DNA of 64,000 nt, taken from a virus (taxonomy: Duplodnaviria > Heunggongvirae > Uroviricota > Caudoviricetes). The stretch lies in IMG/VR virus record IMGVR_UViG_3300044296_000239, one strand, 5' to 3'. A model generated the notes under the pieces. It had not been told where the DNA came from, searched no databases, and saw nothing but the letters and a program-made list of their open reading frames with translations. This document shows, in pieces, positions 20,778 through 29,564 of this stretch. Position 1 is the first letter of the stretch. The number at the start of each line of letters is the position of its first letter. The translations under genes were made by a program, and so were the position numbers.

Positions 20778-21057
20778 CCATATACAATTCCTCTGCTTCT
20801 TCCACAGTCACGTCATAATACTTCATCACAAACTCTGTAGCTCTTGAACGACGCATGCTTTCCTCTCGTACAGCAACAAATTTATCATGATCTTCCTTGT
20901 TGCCAATACGATATCCACCGTCACCCGCATGGATATCTGCACCGACCATTACTTGTTTCAATAGATCACGTGCGTTACGAAGCGATCGATGTTCCTCTGG
21001 ATGTTCGATCACAAACTCAACCCATTCGAGTGCTTCTTTAATCTTTTGTTCGTTCAT
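20719..21057 (-). CDS. hypothetical protein
   Basis: 112-aa ORF. Confidence 0.45.
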   Translation of the reverse strand: MNEQKIKEALEWVEFVIEHPEEHRSLRNARDLLKQVMVGADIHAGDGGYRIGNKEDHDKFVAVREESMRRSRATEFVMKYYDVTVEEAEELYMDEIESHIRLQQQGVFDNEL

Positions 21058-21199
21058 GTCAGTAAGTTATTAATTGTGTCGATGATCATCTGTACCTGTG
21101 CTGGATCCAATTTCATTCGCGAAGCAATCTCATATACATCGAGGTGACGCTCGAGAAACTCGCGCACTTGCAGTATTAGATCATGCTTATAGCTCATGA

Positions 21200-21529
21200 T
21201 TATTCCTTCCAAAATTCTCCGATATCAAACCATCTGTCTTCGATGATGTGGCCAATTGCTTTAATCGGGCCAGTGAATTCATTGTCCTTACGTATGCGTA
21301 CGAGCTTGCCTTTTAGATCTTCCCACTCTCGCACATCGACAGTCTCAAGGATCTTGCGAATGGCTTGAATTGATTTGCTATGACCAATCTTACCAGCTTT
21401 TCCATCGAGCGCATAACCACCGAACCCTTGACCGCATCCACCCATATCCATCATCAATGAGAATGTCATGATGCCGTGGTCCTCGATGCCTAACATTGTC
21501 GAACTAATCTTTGCATTCGTTACGTACAT
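21200..21529 (-). CDS. hypothetical protein
   Basis: start trimmed to MYVTNAK (RBS GGAG; stop/start overlap TGA/ATG with the upstream gene). Confidence 0.45.
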   Translation of the reverse strand: MYVTNAKISSTMLGIEDHGIMTFSLMMDMGGCGQGFGGYALDGKAGKIGHSKSIQAIRKILETVDVREWEDLKGKLVRIRKDNEFTGPIKAIGHIIEDRWFDIGEFWKE

Positions 21530-21530
21530 A

Positions 21531-21893
21531 TCAACTCCATGTCCTATGGACCTCTGCGATCCACTCTTTTCCATCATATTCATCGACTTCCCAATCCACG
21601 CCATCAGGTACATCAACGATCTTAAGATCTGAGAATCGACTATTTGCTGCTTCACCGAACTGCTCGATCACAGCAATCAAATCTTCATCAGCGCGATTAC
21701 GTCTAAATTCATAGTCACTGATGTAGTGATCATCCTCACCCTCATGGCCTTCGTGGTAATAATCATGACCGGTCAAATTGAAATACTTGCCTTTGACCTT
21801 CACATACTTGATGCCTTTGCGATCAAGCAAAGCATCGAATGCTTCCTCTGATAGACCGAATCCACCGTAGCATGTATTAATTGCAACTTTCAT
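21531..21893 (-). CDS. hypothetical protein
   Basis: 120-aa ORF MKVAINTCYGGFGLSEEAFD... Confidence 0.5.
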   Translation of the reverse strand: MKVAINTCYGGFGLSEEAFDALLDRKGIKYVKVKGKYFNLTGHDYYHEGHEGEDDHYISDYEFRRNRADEDLIAVIEQFGEAANSRFSDLKIVDVPDGVDWEVDEYDGKEWIAEVHRTWS

Positions 21894-22068
21894 TATCTAA
21901 ATCCTTCTGTACTTTTTTCAATGCTTTAATCAGATGTGGGATTATCTTCTGATCGAAGTTTACGACGTAGAGACCGTAGTCCATCATTCTCAAGCATAGA
22001 CGACCTTTCTCTGTATAAACTTCTAGTCTCGGATTCCCGACGTGATCCTTTATCATATGTCTGCTCAT
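21877..22068 (-). CDS. small hypothetical protein
   Basis: 63-aa ORF. Confidence 0.35.
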   Translation of the reverse strand: MSRHMIKDHVGNPRLEVYTEKGRLCLRMMDYGLYVVNFDQKIIPHLIKALKKVQKDLDNESCN

Positions 22069-22103
22069 ACAATCTCTTTTCTTTACATGATATACAAATG
22101 CAG

Positions 22104-22382
22104 TTATTCATTTTGATCTGGTAATGGTTGAATGGTTGGTTTAATATAATTTGGATCTGTCTGTTCAAATTCTTTAGGAATTTTCCAGTTATAACGAGAA
22201 CCTTCTTGCCAAGGATCATCAGATCCAGTGCATGCATTCTCATGTGATGTTGCTTTAGGACATCTACGATTACCACATAAAGGACATGTGATTATGCCTT
22301 TAAGTAAAACTGATGTGCCATTTTCATCAACATCATTCTTCACACATTCATAACAACCACATCCTTCTAGTTTCTCTGTCAT
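22104..22382 (-). CDS. zinc-ribbon protein
   Basis: 92 aa; CGCYEC...CPLCGNRRCP. Confidence 0.5.
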   Translation of the reverse strand: MTEKLEGCGCYECVKNDVDENGTSVLLKGIITCPLCGNRRCPKATSHENACTGSDDPWQEGSRYNWKIPKEFEQTDPNYIKPTIQPLPDQNE

Positions 22383-22600
22383 AAATTCTCTATCTTCTGT
22401 CTCAATGTTTGGATCTCATCCCTCAACTCTAGCTTTTCTTTCTTTAATACTCGAATGATATATTCTGGTTCCATATCAAGTGCAATTCGTTTATCAAGTT
22501 CGTCGTGTTTTTCTTGTAACACTTGGCACCGATGTTGCATCTTTTCTTTTGTTATCATTCTTCTTCTCCAAGTTAAAGGTAAATGTACTGCTTGGACCAA
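22379..22600 (-). CDS. DUF465/YdcH-like small coiled-coil protein
   Basis: EKHDELDKRIALDMEPEYIIRVLKKEKLELRDEIQTLRQKIENL pattern. Confidence 0.4.
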   Translation of the reverse strand: MVQAVHLPLTWRRRMITKEKMQHRCQVLQEKHDELDKRIALDMEPEYIIRVLKKEKLELRDEIQTLRQKIENL

Positions 22601-22797
22601 TATCTGAATGCTTGCACTTCACTAGAGTTTTACCACTCACAGGCAAATCTAAATGAACGATCACGTATGGTCCTTCTTCTAGAGATACGAGTGTGTCATT
22701 GCCAACAGTTCCAGAGATTGGAATTCCATCAACAATGCCACGTACACGATCACCAATATTATATATTGGCGTGTGCAGCGGATTCTTCTCATAATAT

Positions 22798-23094
22798 TCA
22801 GTTAGATTTCCCATCTTGATCTCCAAAAATGGTGCTCCATTGCATCAACTTATTACGCTTGCGCTTAGATGCGTCTAATACACCAACCATGTCAACGACA
22901 CCTCGTTCGATGAGTAAGTTAATCATGCATTGTAGATCACCGAGTTCTTCCTCGAGGTGATCTCTGTTTGACCGACCGTTATGTGTGGTATCCAATCCAA
23001 AGCGCATGACTTTAGAGATTGCTTGTACGACTTCTGCGCACTCTTCTTGAGTGATCGCATAGATCTCATTGATTTTATCGTCCATCGTCTGCAT
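22798..23094 (-). CDS. small MazG-like nucleotide pyrophosphohydrolase
   Basis: 98 aa; EECAEVVQAI...EEELGDLQCMINLLI matches the MazG EExxE/ExxD core. Confidence 0.55.
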   Translation of the reverse strand: MQTMDDKINEIYAITQEECAEVVQAISKVMRFGLDTTHNGRSNRDHLEEELGDLQCMINLLIERGVVDMVGVLDASKRKRNKLMQWSTIFGDQDGKSN

Positions 23095-23717
23095 CGATCA
23101 TTCCACTTCCATAACCACTATCAAATGTCACATCTTCATACAAATCCAAAAGGTCAGTATCGCTCAAATGATACAATTCTTCCTCTGTTATTTCGTATGA
23201 GTCATTTAACACGTCTTCATCAACTGCGAACAAGATACGTTCGATGATCATTTCACGAAGAGTCAATTCACGAATAGTCATTTCAATCCCTTTAGTCAAT
23301 TTGAATGTCTACGATTTTACCATTACGAACGACATAGTAAGCACTAATACGTCCATACGAAACACCAACACAATGATTGGCCTTATAAGTTGTGTAGTGT
23401 TGAATGCCTTCTTCGGCAAGCTTTTGCTTCACAACTTCCAAGTCTTGCTCATATGAGCTTTGCAAATAACCGTACATTTTAAACCTCAAACAAAATCAAA
23501 TGAATACTCGTTGTTGCCTTGTGGTGTCACAATGATACCACAGTTGAGGATCTTCAGCAATGCTGTTTCGATCTTAGTCATCTCACGAGGTACACCGAGC
23601 ACAAACAGTGTGCCATTACAAAAATATGCCATGGCATTTGGTGCAACTTTTTCAACTTTAGCCAACACAACTTTTTCCATTCCCATTTAAAACTCCTTTT
23701 GTTCGTTCGATGGAGTA

Positions 23718-23746
23718 ATTATACTGCAGTTTGCGTGGTTTGTACA
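23718..23746 (-). promoter_or_regulatory. sigma70-like early promoter
   Basis: minus: -35 TGTACA, spacer, -10 CAGTATAAT. Confidence 0.4.
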
Positions 23747-23772
23747 TGTAGAACTTTAATACTACAACCGAT

Positions 23773-24039
23773 TTAGTAGACTTCTCTTTCTTTGGATCGA
23801 TATTCTGACAATATCTTTTCGAATGTGGGATTTGGTGTACGCATACAAAGCCACATAGTTTCTAAGATTTCTTGTATGTCATAGCGTTCTTTCCATGTGC
23901 CCACAAAATATCCAGTTGGATCGACTGAACCTCTTACACTGATGGCATCATGCACAAATCTGTGATCGTTAGGATTCAATCCATACCTTCGTATGAACTG
24001 ATCGTATTGTGCTTTATTTCCTGCTATTACAAATTTCAT
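23773..24039 (-). CDS. hypothetical protein
   Basis: 88-aa ORF preceded by an early promoter. Confidence 0.5.
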   Translation of the reverse strand: MKFVIAGNKAQYDQFIRRYGLNPNDHRFVHDAISVRGSVDPTGYFVGTWKERYDIQEILETMWLCMRTPNPTFEKILSEYRSKEREVY

Positions 24040-24066
24040 ACGCGTAAAAAAACCGTGATATGTTCT

Positions 24067-24096
24067 ATTATACCACGGTTTTTCTTTGCTGTAAAC
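24067..24096 (-). promoter_or_regulatory. sigma70-like early promoter
   Basis: minus: GTTTACA-N17-CGTGGTATAAT. Confidence 0.5.
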
Positions 24097-24098
24097 AG

Positions 24099-24683
24099 TT
24101 ATTTAGTTTGCAGTGATGCCTTATCAGCGTCAGTGAAATTGATCGCTGTGCCCATCGTAGCATAACTTGCTGATGCTGTTGCAAGCATGTCCATACCACG
24201 AGCAAAATTCCCTGCTCCGTAATTGAGTGTCTTGCTTGATACAACACCAACAGAACCAGATACAGATTCAACTGAATCGAAGTTTGCGCCAAGGAATACA
24301 ACTTCCCAGTTTTTTTCTTCCCACGCTTTTACCTTTGCTTTGATAGCAGCCTGCGTGTATTCTTTCGATGCATTCTCGTAACCATCAGTCATCACGACCA
24401 ACATAGTCTTCTTAGCTTTGATGTCCTCTGCTAATGACATGATACGACCACATGAGTCATACAATGGTGTGCCTCCACGTGGTTCTGCTTCTTCACGTGT
24501 TACGTCTTTCCAGTCTTTTACTTTACAGTCGCGAATTGTCTCGTGTGATAGCGTGTCGAATACTGCAAGATAAATTTGATCTTTATCTTTTAGCTTCTTA
24601 ACGTATCCATTAATCGAGCCGAGTGCCTCAGTCCAGAGGCTTTGCATGGATCCTGAACGGTCCAATAGAATATAAACATTCAT
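24099..24683 (-). CDS. von Willebrand factor type A (vWA) domain protein
   Basis: 194 aa; MIDAS motif DRSGSM near the N-terminus; Rossmann-like alternation. Confidence 0.7.
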   Translation of the reverse strand: MNVYILLDRSGSMQSLWTEALGSINGYVKKLKDKDQIYLAVFDTLSHETIRDCKVKDWKDVTREEAEPRGGTPLYDSCGRIMSLAEDIKAKKTMLVVMTDGYENASKEYTQAAIKAKVKAWEEKNWEVVFLGANFDSVESVSGSVGVVSSKTLNYGAGNFARGMDMLATASASYATMGTAINFTDADKASLQTK

Positions 24684-24741
24684 AGTGTGTCTCCTAGTGT
24701 GTTGTGTTGAATGTAACAGGACGTATGTCCTATTCTATATA

Positions 24742-25452
24742 TCAATGAAAAGGGCATTTCCTTTGTTTTTGATATGTGTTTACGAACGAAGAACGATAAT
24801 GCGTCAAATAGATGTTATCATATTCTGCTCGATCGACAAGGTGACATTTTACCTTGATTTGTTTATCACTCAATGGGATGAGGTGAATCACAGGCTCTCC
24901 AGCAAGGAATGATATTGTGTTGTCAACTTTCTCTAGGAGTACAGATAAGTTAACGGTGTTTTGATCTTTGAAGTTTAGGATACCAGGTGTGGTACTCACA
25001 CGATTGATTTTTTCTAATGTGTTGTAATACGGAGTATTTAGATAGAAGTTAACTCCGCTCTTTTCTTTTAACATCCACGGTGTGGCTATCTTTAATGCAA
25101 CAAATAATCGTGTGATGTCGGGTTCCCCATGCGGAGTAATTTGTGGCATCATCGTTCCAGCTGCATACTCATGTACGAATCCGCCTTCACGAGTTGTCTG
25201 AATTTGCAAGTCTGACCACATTGGCATGATAATACCATTCGTGTAATGTGAGATTAGACCAGCACATGTCTTTGCCGTTCCAATTGGCACCAACATCCCA
25301 TTTTTAGAACGAGCTAATGCTTCTTTAGGCAATGCTTTCCACCACTGAGGAAAGAAATGTCGTGCCTCTTTGATAGGAAAAAATTGATGGATACCTGAGT
25401 GGTAAGTAAATGCATCAACTGTGATCGTTGATGGCTTCATAAAAAACATCAT
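24742..25452 (-). CDS. hypothetical protein, paralogue of 26545..27267 (possible DSBH-fold)
   Basis: 236 aa; shares VDAFT..SG....F....A...PQWWK.LPK and C-terminal G.P....PLS.K....HL.D with its paralogue. Confidence 0.55.
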   Translation of the reverse strand: MMFFMKPSTITVDAFTYHSGIHQFFPIKEARHFFPQWWKALPKEALARSKNGMLVPIGTAKTCAGLISHYTNGIIMPMWSDLQIQTTREGGFVHEYAAGTMMPQITPHGEPDITRLFVALKIATPWMLKEKSGVNFYLNTPYYNTLEKINRVSTTPGILNFKDQNTVNLSVLLEKVDNTISFLAGEPVIHLIPLSDKQIKVKCHLVDRAEYDNIYLTHYRSSFVNTYQKQRKCPFH

Positions 25453-25582
25453 TGCAACCCCTTATAATATCGATACAGCTTCACTTGCATTGCAAATCTA
25501 CGTGGCTCGTGTTCAAAGTTTGCTAGCTTATCTCCATAAAAATCCACTAACAAATTATAGAACGCGAGCGCTTCTTCATCGC

Positions 25583-25822
25583 TCATGAACCACCACCAAC
25601 AAATGCATGATGCATTAAGTAATCATACACTCTACCTGCTTCAGCGCCATCAAATAATTCTTGTGGTGTTTTATATTCGAATGCTTGGTTCTGCGTTACC
25701 CACCACATCTCAGCGAGTTCATCACTACCAACCAATGCACGAATTAATACATCGCAGCGATCTTTGATATCTTTTTTAGAGTGCATCATCATTGTAGTCA
25801 ATTCCATCAATTCTTTTTGCAA
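25583..25822 (-). CDS. small protein resembling the C-terminal domain of Xre/MbcA/ParS-type antitoxins (DUF2384-like); tentative
   Basis: WWVTQNQAFEYKTPQELFDGAEAGRVYDYLMHHAFVGG pattern; no HTH and no adjacent RES/ART toxin gene. Confidence 0.3.
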   Translation of the reverse strand: MQKELMELTTMMMHSKKDIKDRCDVLIRALVGSDELAEMWWVTQNQAFEYKTPQELFDGAEAGRVYDYLMHHAFVGGGS

Positions 25823-26228
25823 TAGTCTTGCTCATCATATCCTCACCAAGGGAATAATTTTCTCTATATGCCTTGACTAAACCCTTGCGAGATAGTCCTT
25901 CAACCGCTAAGATTGACATATACATCTTCAATCGTAACAATGAATCTTCTAGTGACTCAGCTGCTTCTAATCCTTCTGCTCGTGCAAGCATCTCAGAATG
26001 TAGAAGTAATTCATCGAAGTGATCATTGTCTTCATTATCAGCGATATGTAATAGTTTATCTAGTAACTTTGACGGCATCTCATTCATATAATCTCCCATT
26101 GAGATATATGGATTATGCTTCAAAGATCTCGCAAGATCACGTGTACACTCAAGCAATCCATCTGCACGAAGGATCTCGTCATAATTAATCATAAATGGGT
26201 AATCTACCATGATTCTACCTCTTGCCAA
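25776..26228 (-). CDS. hypothetical acidic protein
   Basis: 150-aa ORF. Confidence 0.5.
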   Translation of the reverse strand: MARGRIMVDYPFMINYDEILRADGLLECTRDLARSLKHNPYISMGDYMNEMPSKLLDKLLHIADNEDNDHFDELLLHSEMLARAEGLEAAESLEDSLLRLKMYMSILAVEGLSRKGLVKAYRENYSLGEDMMSKTIAKRIDGIDYNDDAL

Positions 26229-26545
26229 TCATCTTTATCTTTTAAATCTTCCCGATCACCATAATCGGGTACCACGTACCAATCATCATCTTGTAAAACA
26301 TATTCGCCATTCTCTCTGCGAATCTCGTTTTGTTTATGCTTCTCTATATCACGAGCAAATTTCTTTGTACTCGCTACACCTTCTGGTGTTTTCTTCCACT
26401 CCTTTGCATTATATGAATGCTTGAGTTTTGTTTTGTCACTGATTTGTCTATGCGAGTTAGAACAAGCCTGAGAGCAAAAAGGTCCACGCTTTCGGTGAAC
26501 TTCTTTGCATTCAGGACATGTCTTTTCTTTATAAACTCCGGGCAT
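26204..26545 (-). CDS. zinc-finger protein
   Basis: 113 aa; CPEC...CSQAC. Confidence 0.5.
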   Translation of the reverse strand: MPGVYKEKTCPECKEVHRKRGPFCSQACSNSHRQISDKTKLKHSYNAKEWKKTPEGVASTKKFARDIEKHKQNEIRRENGEYVLQDDDWYVVPDYGDREDLKDKDDWQEVESW

Positions 26546-27267
26546 TACTTAAATGGGCAACGTAATTTATTTTTTTTATAGAATCCACTAAACGATGAAA
26601 CATACATTGTTTTATCATGTATACGTTTCCATTCTCCTTCATCTATTAAATGTGTTTTTATATTTACATTTTTTTCTGAAAGCGGAGTAAACATTAGTAA
26701 TGGATCTCCACTAGACAAATGTATTTCATTGTTTTGTTTTAACGCTAAAAATACATTAACTACTGCATTTTGATGTTTAAAATTTAAAACACCGGGAGCA
26801 GTTCTGATAGAATTAATTAAATGAAGTCTATTCCAAAAAGGCTCTTGCAATTGAAATTTTACACCATACTTTTCAACGAATAACCATGGTGTTGGTAATT
26901 TTAATTGAATAAATTTGCCCAATTCTTCAACACCATGAGTCATATATTCTTTGTGTTCTTGAAGCGATGGAGTATCTTCAGTAGAAAACATATATCTCCA
27001 TGATCCATCACTATATGTTTTGATAACCAAATCTGCCCATAGTGGAACAATAAAAGAATTTTTATATTGCTCAATAAATCCATCACATTGTTTCATAGTA
27101 GCATACTCAACATGCATGTCATGTTGTTCTACTGTAGTAAATTTAGGTAAATATTTCCACCACTGAGGAATATAATCTACAGCTTTTGATGGTGAAAAAT
27201 GACGTTCTACACCGCTATTCAATGTAAACGCATCAATTGTAATAGGTTCAGATTTGAAAATAAACAT
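26545..27267 (-). CDS. hypothetical protein, paralogue of 24742..25452
   Basis: 240 aa; shared motifs listed above. Confidence 0.55.
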   Translation of the reverse strand: MFIFKSEPITIDAFTLNSGVERHFSPSKAVDYIPQWWKYLPKFTTVEQHDMHVEYATMKQCDGFIEQYKNSFIVPLWADLVIKTYSDGSWRYMFSTEDTPSLQEHKEYMTHGVEELGKFIQLKLPTPWLFVEKYGVKFQLQEPFWNRLHLINSIRTAPGVLNFKHQNAVVNVFLALKQNNEIHLSSGDPLLMFTPLSEKNVNIKTHLIDEGEWKRIHDKTMYVSSFSGFYKKNKLRCPFK

Positions 27268-27297
27268 ATTGTGAAAGAGGGCCGAAGCCCTCTATGA

Positions 27298-28194
27298 TCA
27301 TGATTCTTGTGCTAACTTGCTGAAGTAACTTAATGTAGAATCATCTTCGTCTTCAGCAGATACTGGTACCATTTTTGGTGCAGCTGTTCGTGCTGATGGT
27401 GCAGATGATGACTCATCTAAAGTAATTGATTCAGCCGTTGTACGTGGTGCAGATCCACCGAGTACACGCTCAAGCTTTGCCTTCAACTCATCATATGACT
27501 TGTATTTAGAAGGATCAGTAAACTCTTTCAATGAATAGCATTTGCCATAGATTGATTCAAGTTCATCTTCATCGCCGTTTGCAACAGCAGTAACTTTATC
27601 GAACTCTGATTTGTCATAGTTACGATAACCTTCAACATTACGAATCTTCAACTTGAAGTTTGCACCTTCCCATAGATCAAACGGATTTACCGGTTGCTCA
27701 TCTTGGAATTGTGGTTGCATAACATCCATCATTTTGTCATAAATTTTCTTACCATATTGGAATAAGAAAACTTTACCTTCATTTTCAGGATGTGCAGGAT
27801 CAGATACAACAAGGATGTTAGACACATAGTGAAGACGACGCTTCTGCTTGCGTGCAATATCTTTATCAGATTCTAGTCCGCTGTTCCACAACTTGGTGTT
27901 AACTTCACCAACTGGATCGTTTTGACCAATCGACGTGAGAGACTTCTCAATATACCAACCACCAGGACCTTGAAAGCCGTGATCCCAATAACGAGTCCAC
28001 GGATAATCATCGCCTTCGGGTGCAGGTAAGAAACGAATTACAGCAAAACCGTTACCAGCTTTGTCAACTTCAGGTTTCCAAAATCGATTGTCTTCGTATG
28101 ATTGTTGTTGTTGACCTCCACCTACTTTTTCCGCTGCTGCGACAAGTTTATTGATAGAGGATGCGCGTTGCGCCTTGAGATTTGCTAATGACAT
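27298..28194 (-). CDS. 32: ssDNA-binding protein gp32
   Basis: [34 protein letters not shown] and WEGANFKLK match T4 gp32 ([43 protein letters not shown]); start trimmed to MSLANLKAQ. Confidence 0.9.
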   Translation of the reverse strand: [298 protein letters not shown]

Positions 28195-28240
28195 ATTATT
28201 TTCCTTTATGTAGCAATATTTTACACTATATGGAATAACT

Positions 28241-28270
28241 ATTATACCACATCCACACTCGATTGTAAAC
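28241..28270 (-). promoter_or_regulatory. sigma70-like early promoter upstream of gene 32
   Basis: minus: GTTTACA-N17-TGTGGTATAAT. Confidence 0.55.
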
Positions 28271-28862
28271 AATCTTTGAGTGCTTCTTTGACTTTTTCGT
28301 TATTCACCGTTATAAATGGATTATACTTCTTGATCTTCTTCGAGAGTTCGGGCCACATGATGGGATCCGTAATCTGTTTGTCGAACTTCGGCATGAATCC
28401 AATATATCGATTCAATACAATAAAAACCTCTAATGGTATCTCGTCTTGAAGTAACATCTTGACGAGTTTAGGATGTTGTCCATCCTCTACCACAAATAGA
28501 CTCTTAAAGTCATTCGTCGATACAATCTTATCTATACAAGTTTTGAAGCGATATGTGAAGGATTCTTGCAAAGATTTAAAAGCTTTGTAAGTCTCATCCG
28601 CACGGTCTTCATTCAAATCACCAATCCACTTGGTGCCATGATGTGCAAAATTACATGCATAGAAAGTTTTAAGCTCATCGAGTCCATACTTCTTTACTAC
28701 CTTTGCAAAGAAAAATTTATCTCGACGAGCGAAAAATGATTTTGCGTTTACACTCGTCTTACCGTTATATTTAAAGTAATCATAAGTGTTTGATTCAAAG
28801 TGAAGCTTACAACCGATATAAATCTTGTATGCATCAAATGGATCAGTCGAACGTAAGCTCAT
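28242..28862 (-). CDS. 59: helicase loader gp59
   Basis: FFARRDKFFFAKVVKKY and KWIGDL match T4 gp59 (YQKRRDKYFFQKLSEKY, AWIGDI); immediately upstream of gene 32, as in T4. Confidence 0.75.
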   Translation of the reverse strand: MSLRSTDPFDAYKIYIGCKLHFESNTYDYFKYNGKTSVNAKSFFARRDKFFFAKVVKKYGLDELKTFYACNFAHHGTKWIGDLNEDRADETYKAFKSLQESFTYRFKTCIDKIVSTNDFKSLFVVEDGQHPKLVKMLLQDEIPLEVFIVLNRYIGFMPKFDKQITDPIMWPELSKKIKKYNPFITVNNEKVKEALKDCLQSSVDVV

Positions 28863-29079
28863 TCTTCTTTTTCAAATAACCTAAATTCATCCCTTCAGCT
28901 TCAAGCTTTGCTTTAATGGGATTACTCAATAACTTCACAATGTCCTCAGGATCGATCATACGCTCTTTGCAGATATCAATTACTGCATCGAGGTATGTTC
29001 CTCGATCCTTAGTCACTCGCTCTTGAATTAGATTCGAGAACGACTTCTTTGTGAACATTCCGTCTGGTTGTTCTGACAT
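28843..29079 (-). CDS. late-transcription coactivator gp33-like (tentative)
   Basis: 78 aa; the C-terminal pattern KERMIDPEDIVKLLSNPI...KKNELTFD loosely resembles gp33; consistent with T4 order 33-59-32. Confidence 0.4.
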   Translation of the reverse strand: MSEQPDGMFTKKSFSNLIQERVTKDRGTYLDAVIDICKERMIDPEDIVKLLSNPIKAKLEAEGMNLGYLKKKNELTFD

Positions 29080-29564
29080 TTTTCAATTGCCCTATAATAA
29101 ATGTGGCTACCAATAGTGGTTACCTTTTCAACGCCTCTCCAACCTGGATTGACATACGTTGCATGATAGAATGTTGATCCTTGTGTAACGTCTACTTGTC
29201 TGTAGTAGTACATCTTCAAAGCTTCTTGCACTGCTTCAAGAGATTCGTGCCATCTGCTTGCTTCTTTAGCGGGTAAATTACCCATCAACTTTCTATCACA
29301 TGTCCAAGAGAATTGACAAACTGTCTTCTCTGTTTCTGGATTTTTGTTTTTCTGATAAACTACTTCACATGCTTTTTTTGGAAAGCCGTTTGCGTTCATC
29401 CTATTTAATACTACATGCGTCACAGCAATCTGTGACATCTGCGAATCTCCATACGCTTCGTAGTATGCATTACGTGTTAGACAATATACATCTTGGTCAT
29501 TTAATGGTATCGGATTGATTAAAGCCGACAGCCACGCGGTGATCGCGACTAATATTTCTGTCAT
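29028..29564 (-). CDS. SleB/CwlJ-family cell-wall hydrolase (Hydrolase_2-like) with signal peptide
   Basis: 178 aa; N-terminal hydrophobic leader; NAYYEAYGDSQMSQIAVTHVVLNRM resembles the SleB core. Confidence 0.5.
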   Translation of the reverse strand: MTEILVAITAWLSALINPIPLNDQDVYCLTRNAYYEAYGDSQMSQIAVTHVVLNRMNANGFPKKACEVVYQKNKNPETEKTVCQFSWTCDRKLMGNLPAKEASRWHESLEAVQEALKMYYYRQVDVTQGSTFYHATYVNPGWRGVEKVTTIGSHIYYRAIEKCQNNQTECSQRSRSRI

